A stretch of 43,050 bases of DNA from Acinetobacter phage IMEAB3: sequence record KF811200.1; one strand, written 5' to 3'. Of this stretch, positions 37,448 to 43,050 are shown piece by piece. A program made the position numbers and the translations under genes. Numbering within the stretch: the stretch's first letter is position 1; every line of letters starts with the position of its first letter. Under the pieces are notes generated by a model. That model did not search any database, was not told where the DNA came from, and saw only the letters and a list, made by a program, of their open reading frames with translations.

Positions 37448-37670
37448 TAATAGCCGTTATTAAAATACCGACTGTTATAAACTGGACATACTGCGGGGGG
37501 ATTGTTTCTTTTAGCTCATTCGGTAGAACGTGCCAGATTTCGAGAATTGTTTCGGGTGCGACGATGAATATTGATTGAACAAAGCCCGCCAATACGACGA
37601 GCCATACGGAAAAGAATTTCCAGATACGACGGACGTCGTCAATCAGTTCTATCTTTCGTTGGGATGACAT
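37419..37670 (-). CDS. holin (83 aa, two transmembrane segments)
   Basis: FFSVWLVVLAGFVQSIFIVA and FITVGILITAIIG hydrophobic helices with a charged C-terminus; directly upstream of the endolysin. Confidence 0.55.
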   Translation of the reverse strand: MSSQRKIELIDDVRRIWKFFSVWLVVLAGFVQSIFIVAPETILEIWHVLPNELKETIPPQYVQFITVGILITAIIGRAIKQKR

Positions 37671-38013
37671 TGTTTATAAACTCCAAGCGTTGAATACGTT
37701 CTTTTAGTTGTTCGTCTTTCGCTTTCAGGTGTTCCAATTGCGAGTACGACCACCCTACCAGACCGCTGCAAAGTGTGATTAGGAAAATTAACACGCGTCC
37801 GATTGTTACGTGTTTGACTAGGGTTTCGCTGTTGCGTTCGGCTTTCTTTTCGATACTCTCGACCTTCTCGATTGCGTGAACAATTTTCTTGAGGTCTTGC
37901 GATATATCTTTCATTGATACTTTCATTTCGTCCGATGTGTCGGCTAGATGCTTGGTTCGTTCTTCGAGAACGGCAAGTTTCATCGCATAATCTGCGGCGC
38001 TGTTGTTTGTCAT
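37639..38013 (-). CDS. lysis-cassette membrane protein (124 aa; N-terminal coiled coil, one C-proximal TM)
   Basis: first gene after the late terminator; TM segment VLIFLITLCSGLVGW; function not assignable. Confidence 0.35.
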   Translation of the reverse strand: MTNNSAADYAMKLAVLEERTKHLADTSDEMKVSMKDISQDLKKIVHAIEKVESIEKKAERNSETLVKHVTIGRVLIFLITLCSGLVGWSYSQLEHLKAKDEQLKERIQRLEFINNVIPTKDRTD

Positions 38014-38052
38014 GGTCGAAAACCCGATTAAGTTTTCAACATATTAGCAGGC

Positions 38053-38091
38053 AAATAAAAACCCCCGCAATACTTTCCGACATTGCAGGGG
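38053..38091 (-). terminator. strong leftward intrinsic terminator (tR'-like) between the late promoter and the lysis genes
   Basis: on the minus strand CCCCUGCAAU gucggaaagu AUUGCGGGGG (10 bp, one G-U) followed by UUUUUAUUUG. Confidence 0.7.
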
Positions 38092-38159
38092 TCTTTATGG
38101 ACGTAAGAAGTGCGTCAACACATACGCCCAAAACATGCGACAACTATTCTTACACGGGC

Positions 38160-38188
38160 ATTATATCAGGCAAAGAAAAAGGCGGCAA
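38160..38188 (-). promoter_or_regulatory. candidate late promoter with extended -10 (TTGCCG-17-TGATATAAT), leftward
   Basis: minus-strand TGATATAAT at 38168-38160 and TTGCCG at 38188-38183; predicted start near 38153, giving a ~95-nt leader ending at the 38053-38091 terminator. Confidence 0.5.
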
Positions 38189-38211
38189 GTCCGTCGAAAA
38201 ACTTTGCCGCC
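38171..38211 (-). terminator. leftward intrinsic terminator ending the upstream (nin-like) operon, overlapping the late promoter -35
   Basis: on the minus strand GGCGGCAAAG uuuuucgacgga CUUGCCGCC followed by UUUUUCUUUG. Confidence 0.55.
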
Positions 38212-38279
38212 TTCCCCCGTTTGAGGTACTGCAATTTGCTTACACAATCAGCCCAATTACAGTACCAGAACCGAAGCAG

Positions 38280-38879
38280 TTACGCAACTGTTTCAGGTTC
38301 AATGCGCCATACTGCTGCGCCCGCTTGACCTGCAAAGCCCCATGCCGCGCCGTCTTCAACTGGGCGAACGATAAAGCGTTTGTTAAAGCCTTTCTTCGGC
38401 ACAGTTTCACCTTTACGGTTTACCATTGTTTCGCCTTCGATTTCGTAAGCGTGACGGTCGTTAGCCGAAGTTACAGTCGAAGCCAAAGACTTCGCAGGGT
38501 TCGGCTTGTCTTCGCTTACTGGAACGAAGAATGATTGACCGATTTCAAGCTGTTCGAATGGGTAGATTGAAGACGATTCGCGAGTACGCGGAGTTACTGG
38601 AATTTCAACGCCTGTTGCGATTGCGAAAGTTTGTGCTGTTGATTGAGTCACTGGACTTGTTCCTTTTGATTCGTTTTCTTTAACAAAGTCGAAACCTGCT
38701 TGAGTTGCGCGAGTTGCAGTTTCTTGTTTGTCGTTTACTAAAGTGGCGTTGATTTCGGCGAAGCCTGCGTCAACTAAAGCTTTTTGGTCTTTACCGCTTG
38801 CATATACGAAGCTGTTATCCGCTGTCGCTGCTGCGATTGTGCCAAGTAATGCGATTTGAGATTTTGTTAATTTAGCCAT
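38280..38879 (-). CDS. hypothetical protein (199 aa, Cys-free), last gene before the late control region
   Basis: AGGAAA RBS 8 nt upstream of ATG 38879; no recognisable motifs. Confidence 0.55.
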   Translation of the reverse strand: MAKLTKSQIALLGTIAAATADNSFVYASGKDQKALVDAGFAEINATLVNDKQETATRATQAGFDFVKENESKGTSPVTQSTAQTFAIATGVEIPVTPRTRESSSIYPFEQLEIGQSFFVPVSEDKPNPAKSLASTVTSANDRHAYEIEGETMVNRKGETVPKKGFNKRFIVRPVEDGAAWGFAGQAGAAVWRIEPETVA

Positions 38880-38938
38880 TTCGGTATTTCCTGAGTTTTG
38901 CTTGTTTGTTAATGGATTCGACTTTAAACACTCGAAGT

Positions 38939-39121
38939 TTATTTGTCAATACATACCTTCGAATATTTTTGGTCATAGTCTGGGTGTATATGTTGGTCAA
39001 CACCTTCGCAGTAAGCCGTGACAGCTTTTTGCTCGTCGTCGTAGTCCATGCGACCAACCAGACCAAACCCGAATAGGACACAAAGAACGACACACGGTAT
39101 AAAATACGGGTTAATTCTCAT
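38939..39121 (-). CDS. small membrane/secreted protein (60 aa, N-terminal hydrophobic segment)
   Basis: start ATG overlaps the stop of the upstream ORF (ATGA coupling); preferred over the overlapping 73-aa frame. Confidence 0.4.
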   Translation of the reverse strand: MRINPYFIPCVVLCVLFGFGLVGRMDYDDEQKAVTAYCEGVDQHIHPDYDQKYSKVCIDK

Positions 39122-39480
39122 TTTAAACGTTGCTCCTTCATGTTTCGGGCTGCTTCTTCGATCAAGCCATTCAACGCAATGTTTTGGGCTTGTATCGTTG
39201 AATTGATAAGGTAGTCTATTTCGTCGCTTGCGTCAATACCTTTTAACAATAATTCTTCGCTTAATTTCGATAACCTAACCGCTATCATTTCGAGCGTCTG
39301 AAACATTACAGGCGACGATATAAACAAATGGTAATAGTCTGCGTGTACAGCACTTTCGGCAGTTATCGCCCGATTAGTTTCGATGTCGAAACAGTAACCG
39401 TATTCGCAAGGGTTAGTCGGGTCGTCTTTCGCCACTTCGATAAACTTTGCGTTTAGGTATAATTCGCGCTTATCTGACAT
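39118..39480 (-). CDS. hypothetical protein (120 aa)
   Basis: ORF track. Confidence 0.45.
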   Translation of the reverse strand: MSDKRELYLNAKFIEVAKDDPTNPCEYGYCFDIETNRAITAESAVHADYYHLFISSPVMFQTLEMIAVRLSKLSEELLLKGIDASDEIDYLINSTIQAQNIALNGLIEEAARNMKEQRLK

Positions 39481-40000
39481 CGTGATTGTCCTTTATTGCT
39501 GCTAGTGCGTCAACACGACGTATCGAACCGCGGTCATTGCATACGATACAGTCGACACCTTCGCCTTTACACTGTGGGCATCGAACAGGCTCATTAAAAT
39601 GCCAACCTTCCGAACCGCTAATCGTTTCGCCGTACCAATCGGGGCATATATCGCACGGGTTGCCGCCTGCTGCAACGACACCGCGTATGTAGTCACCTAA
39701 CGTCGTTAGTGAGAACCAACCGCCGCAACGCAAACACTGAGCCTTTTCGCCCAATTGTATTTTTCCAAGTTTGAAGAAGTGACGCGGGCAATTATCCAGT
39801 AATAAACGATTGGCTTTGATTTCGTCTAGCATTTCGTTTCGTTTCGTGGAGCACACCCGAAAGATATACAAATCAGACCGAAGCAACTGCGCGTTACTTT
39901 GGTTGATTTTCTGCCATGTACCACGGACAACGACTTCGACGTCGTTGCCTTTTTCAAGTTCTGTTTTGGCTTGTGAGCCTGTAAGTAATTCGCCGTACAT
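39470..40000 (-). CDS. zinc-finger protein with DnaJ-type CXXCXGXG repeats (candidate late regulator)
   Basis: CLRCGG, CDICPDWYG, CPQCKGEG, CIVCNDRG; start trimmed from 40084 to ATG 40000, which follows the TAA of the upstream acidic ORF. Confidence 0.5.
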   Translation of the reverse strand: MYGELLTGSQAKTELEKGNDVEVVVRGTWQKINQSNAQLLRSDLYIFRVCSTKRNEMLDEIKANRLLLDNCPRHFFKLGKIQLGEKAQCLRCGGWFSLTTLGDYIRGVVAAGGNPCDICPDWYGETISGSEGWHFNEPVRCPQCKGEGVDCIVCNDRGSIRRVDALAAIKDNHDVR

Positions 40001-40001
40001 A

Positions 40002-40265
40002 TTAGTCGTCCCATTTTGTTGTGTTTGGATATTCGGTTTTGACATTGTAACGCTTGTCCGTCCAATGGTGCAATTCCATATCAAAGAATATTGCTTTTTG
40101 TTCTTCGGTTAATTCGTCGAGCGCGTAGTCGTCGCCGTCAATTGTGTAAGTTGTTTCGCCTTCAACGTCGCTTTGACCGCCGTCGTTTCCTGCGAAGCCA
40201 GTTAATAGCAATTCGAACTCATGTTCGCCATTATCGAAAGTTACTGTTGTTTCATAAAAAGACAT
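40002..40265 (-). CDS. small strongly acidic protein (87 aa)
   Basis: about 23 Asp/Glu versus about 6 Lys/Arg; early/nin-like region. Confidence 0.45.
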   Translation of the reverse strand: MSFYETTVTFDNGEHEFELLLTGFAGNDGGQSDVEGETTYTIDGDDYALDELTEEQKAIFFDMELHHWTDKRYNVKTEYPNTTKWDD

Positions 40266-40304
40266 CGCATAAACTCCTTAGCCTATGCGATGATTATAGC
40301 CGAT

Positions 40305-40508
40305 CTATTTAGCCGACGCAAGCGTCCGATAAAAATAAAATCCTTGTTCGTTCTCACCGAACCGCCAACCGTAAACGTCATATAAATTGTCGTCTACTTT
40401 CGTTAGTCTTCGGTTACTAAATGCGTCGAGTGCTTCGTCTAGCGTTTTGCATTTAGAAAGAATGGATTCATTTTTATAAATTCGTTCCTGTTGTTTCTTT
40501 ATGCTCAT
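40305..40508 (-). CDS. small basic protein (67 aa from ATG 40508)
   Basis: ATG 40508 overlaps the TGA of the VRR-NUC gene (ATGA coupling); the ORF track gives a longer 40305..40607 version. Confidence 0.4.
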   Translation of the reverse strand: MSIKKQQERIYKNESILSKCKTLDEALDAFSNRRLTKVDDNLYDVYGWRFGENEQGFYFYRTLASAK

Positions 40509-41164
40509 ACCCGCGTTAATAACTCCTTTTCTTTTTGTTCGATATGTTCTTTTATTTTTTCGTGCAAGCTTAGGTAACATACGATTACGTCGCGAGCTTC
40601 GCGCCAAGTCTTGCAGGTCTTAACCGCGTACCCGTCACGGCGTAGCTGTGCGATACGTGCTTTCTGTTCTTCGCTTTCGCGTCCACCTTTCGGCTTTTTC
40701 ATTTCGATAAACAGACCACTTAAAACGTTGTTCGTTAGAACCGTGTCACCGAATACGGCTTGTAACTGGTTTTGATTTTCACGCCATACAACGACAGGAA
40801 CAGGCAAGAACGTATCGGGTACACCTTTTCGGACACCTTCCGCGACCAGATTCGCCGCCGTTGCTGCGTCACGTTTACCGCCGTTAGGAATTGCGAACAT
40901 TTTCGATAAGTCTGCCGAAATGCCCACATTATTTAATAAAGCCGCCCAAGAAAATAGCGCCGTTTGGTGTCCGTGTTCGCTGTCCTTTTTACATAGGTCG
41001 TCGGGCTGCGGGTTAGACCCCATGAAGTGACCGTCTAAAGCTGCATAAACTTGATGCTTATAACTAGCCGAAACGTCTTGCCAAACACCGAGCGAAGGAA
41101 TAGCCGTTTGAGCTATCCAAATACCGTCGTCGGGGTTGTACCATAGTTTTTCGCGTTTAGCCAT
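40505..41164 (-). CDS. VRR-NUC domain nuclease (PD-(D/E)XK superfamily)
   Basis: GVPDTFLPVP ... GLFIEMKKPKGGRESEEQKARIAQLRRDGYAVKTC matches the VRR-NUC G-PD ... E-K ... Q pattern; start moved from 41194 to Met 41164. Confidence 0.65.
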   Translation of the reverse strand: MAKREKLWYNPDDGIWIAQTAIPSLGVWQDVSASYKHQVYAALDGHFMGSNPQPDDLCKKDSEHGHQTALFSWAALLNNVGISADLSKMFAIPNGGKRDAATAANLVAEGVRKGVPDTFLPVPVVVWRENQNQLQAVFGDTVLTNNVLSGLFIEMKKPKGGRESEEQKARIAQLRRDGYAVKTCKTWREARDVIVCYLSLHEKIKEHIEQKEKELLTRV

Positions 41165-41429
41165 TGCGTCTTTCCCCCTCTGGTATGTACGCATGAATTA
41201 CAACGATGTCTTGTTCGTATTCAGTGACGAATGCGTTCAATAGTCGTTCGGTTGTTTCTGCTGAAAGGTCGCCCATGCGCCATAGGTCGAATGCGCTATG
41301 TGCTGCCCCAAGTTTCATATAAAAATCACAGGTGAAATCGTACATTAAACCGTTGACGTCGTAATCGTCCAACTTCTTAACGGTCATTTCGACCATTAGA
41401 CCGATGTTTCTTAAATCTAAATGTTCCAT
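41157..41429 (-). CDS. hypothetical protein (90 aa)
   Basis: ORF track. Confidence 0.4.
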   Translation of the reverse strand: MEHLDLRNIGLMVEMTVKKLDDYDVNGLMYDFTCDFYMKLGAAHSAFDLWRMGDLSAETTERLLNAFVTEYEQDIVVIHAYIPEGERRNG

Positions 41430-41487
41430 CGTATAGACTCACAGATAAAAAAGAACCTGCATTATAGCAGGCTCCTTCGGTTAAGTG

Positions 41488-41934
41488 TTAGTGAAATTTA
41501 GGCTTGTTTTCTCCGAAAAACTTCTCCGCAAAGTCCTTCGGGTTACTCTTAATCAGTTCGTCCAACGATGTGACCATGACCTTAACGTTATCTTTACCGA
41601 ATATACTTTCCAACATTTCGACAATACCTTCGTCGCTTGTCTGTTTACCCATTTCGTTGTTGACTTCTGTCAAATAGTCTTCACGCATCTTTTGAGCGTC
41701 TTCACAGTCGCAAGCGAAAGCATGTGCTATACGTGCCATTTGACCGAACTTGCCTTCCGTCTTTTTATCAAGCAACATTTGTACCGAATTAGGCATCGCG
41801 TTAACATGCTCGAATACGATGTCGTTAAGATTGTCTAAAGCGACGATAGCAGTTTGAAGAAAGCCAACGCCTTCCATGTTGCCGTTCTTAACGTCTTCTA
41901 AAGCTGAAAGCATTTGATTAAATAAAGTGTTCAT
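41488..41934 (-). CDS. hypothetical acidic protein (148 aa)
   Basis: ORF track. Confidence 0.45.
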   Translation of the reverse strand: MNTLFNQMLSALEDVKNGNMEGVGFLQTAIVALDNLNDIVFEHVNAMPNSVQMLLDKKTEGKFGQMARIAHAFACDCEDAQKMREDYLTEVNNEMGKQTSDEGIVEMLESIFGKDNVKVMVTSLDELIKSNPKDFAEKFFGENKPKFH

Positions 41935-41982
41935 TGTTTCGTTTCCCTTGTGAGTTGTTGAGTCTGAATAATAACGCCGAAA

Positions 41983-42222
41983 TCAAACGACGTCAAGCGG
42001 GTTGTGTTCAATTATCCGAATTATTTGCACGTTATCAAGATCGGGGAAATTGTCGACATTACCTTCGCAGAATGCTTCGGCACGATGTCGAGTTTTAAAG
42101 CCGAATGCTTCGGCGCAAATACCTGTGCGCTGTATACCTTTACCAGTAGGCAAAGGACGCGGCGCGGCGAATACGTCGCCTTCTGGGTACTTAATTACAA
42201 AGCTTATGCCGTTTTCTTTCAT
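41983..42222 (-). CDS. hypothetical protein (79 aa)
   Basis: ORF track. Confidence 0.4.
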   Translation of the reverse strand: MKENGISFVIKYPEGDVFAAPRPLPTGKGIQRTGICAEAFGFKTRHRAEAFCEGNVDNFPDLDNVQIIRIIEHNPLDVV

Positions 42223-42542
42223 CGGTTAGACTTCTCATAGTTGAATGGAAATTGTGGCGAAAAACCGCCGTTAAGATTGACTAAAGTTAATTCCGAAACG
42301 GGCAATTGGTCGCGTCCGTTGCGGTAATGTGTATAGCTGAAAAACAGTTCGTGTTTAACGCCGTCTTTAACAACTTTAATGACGTTAGCACCTTCGTCAG
42401 CTTCGCCGATGTGACGCCACGTATTCGAACAGCAATATATACCGTTGAAAGTTGCTTTCTGTTCACCTTTGACGAATACACCGTCGTTTTGAACGGCAAC
42501 TTTGAACGCCGAACCGTCTATCAAAAAGTTAGAAACATACAT
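42219..42542 (-). CDS. hypothetical protein (107 aa)
   Basis: ORF track; AGGAG RBS 8 nt upstream of ATG 42542. Confidence 0.45.
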   Translation of the reverse strand: MYVSNFLIDGSAFKVAVQNDGVFVKGEQKATFNGIYCCSNTWRHIGEADEGANVIKVVKDGVKHELFFSYTHYRNGRDQLPVSELTLVNLNGGFSPQFPFNYEKSNR

Positions 42543-42588
42543 TTTCGATTGCTCCTGTTTGCGATTTTAAGCGTGTTTAGGGGCAGAC

Positions 42589-42602
42589 TGGTACACCTGT
42601 AC
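42589..42602. promoter_or_regulatory. 14-bp palindrome GGTACA cc TGTACC (operator-like)
   Basis: perfect 6-2-6 inverted repeat in the 116-nt intergenic region, upstream of a TAAAAT -10-like element on the minus strand. Confidence 0.35.
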
Positions 42603-42658
42603 CATCCACCCCCGAATCGTTGAACGTACCCCCTATTTATGGGGCAAATTTCGCACGT

Positions 42659-42985
42659 TTAGCGGTTAAGTGGTGAACAGCGCGGGCAATAGTTATTTTC
42701 CCATCCGACCTGCATGTTACCGCCGCATTTTTGGCACGTACTCGACCCAATGAACCGACGCGTATTGCCGACGTCTACGGTCACTGGTTCGGGCTTCTGT
42801 TTCGGTATTGTATCACCGACGTTTTGTTCTGTCGACTGATAAATCACGGTTGTTATTAAATAATTGTGACGGTCTGCGAAGCCTGAAACGCTAATCGGTT
42901 CGACCCCTGCGCGTTCCATCCAATCGTTCATTACGCGAGTTAATTCGAACTCGTCATCGGCTTTAAAAACTTTAATCCCTTTCAT
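42659..42985 (-). CDS. hypothetical protein with C-terminal zinc ribbon (108 aa)
   Basis: CQKCGG ... CPRCS at the C-terminus. Confidence 0.45.
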   Translation of the reverse strand: MKGIKVFKADDEFELTRVMNDWMERAGVEPISVSGFADRHNYLITTVIYQSTEQNVGDTIPKQKPEPVTVDVGNTRRFIGSSTCQKCGGNMQVGWENNYCPRCSPLNR

Positions 42986-43050
42986 TGTTCTGACTCACTA
43001 CATAACGGCGTTGTTCACAAATTTCGCAAATACTGCCCACATGTAACGGG

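Noticed and set aside
2262-43042. Interpretation of the recurrent motif as scattered DnaA boxes
   Set aside because: TGCCCACA matches the DnaA box TTATCCACA at only 6 of 8 core positions, and the invariant CCC differs from the box consensus. Noted as a resemblance only.
1-43050. Integrase, CI-like repressor, CRISPR array, IS elements
   Set aside because: No tyrosine or serine recombinase motifs, no S24 peptidase-type repressor, no regularly spaced direct repeats with unique spacers, and no terminal inverted repeats flanking a transposase-like ORF were seen. Their absence is based on reading alone.

Overview
The window reads as most or all of a ~43 kb tailed dsDNA phage genome with a lambda-like, siphovirus-type layout. 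No integrase, CI-type repressor, tRNA or CRISPR array was seen.

Layout:
- 1-2517 (minus strand): small early genes.
- 2518-3155: non-coding control region with divergent sigma70-like promoters and three clusters of TACTAT iterons.
- 3156-14382 (plus strand): replication/recombination operon. It encodes a Cro-like HTH, a prim-pol primase, MazG, an AAA_24/Sak4-like ATPase, an SSB-like protein with a Q/N/G-rich tail, a Cas4-like PD-(D/E)XK nuclease, an SF2 helicase, a beta-clamp-like protein and a family-B DNA polymerase.
- 14383-14643: convergent region with weak hairpins.
- 14644-37670 (minus strand): late operon. Reading against transcription it runs tail fibres, a J-like central fibre, a K-like protein, tail tip proteins, a 1158-aa tape measure, tail assembly ORFs, major tail, connectors, major capsid, scaffold, Mu-F-like protein, portal, TerL, TerS, then GH19 endolysin and holin.
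- 38050-38215: a late control region resembling lambda PR'-tR', with two leftward intrinsic terminators bracketing an extended -10 promoter.
- 38280-42985 (minus strand): nin-like small genes, including a CXXCXGXG zinc-finger protein, acidic and basic small proteins, and a VRR-NUC nuclease.

Most striking observations:
- A 9/10-mer, TGCCCACAT(T), occurs 21 times exactly against about 0.3 expected. Copies are mostly intragenic, in both orientations and in several reading frames, at fairly regular ~2 kb spacing. One inverted pair forms a long hairpin after the major tail gene.
- A lambda-like late control region is present (two leftward intrinsic terminators around an extended -10 promoter), suggesting antitermination; see findings.
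- A possible -1 frameshift site (A6-C6-A6) lies between the two ORFs upstream of the tape measure; see findings.
- The phage encodes a beta-clamp homologue next to a family-B DNA polymerase.

All protein calls come from motifs read by eye; no database search was possible.
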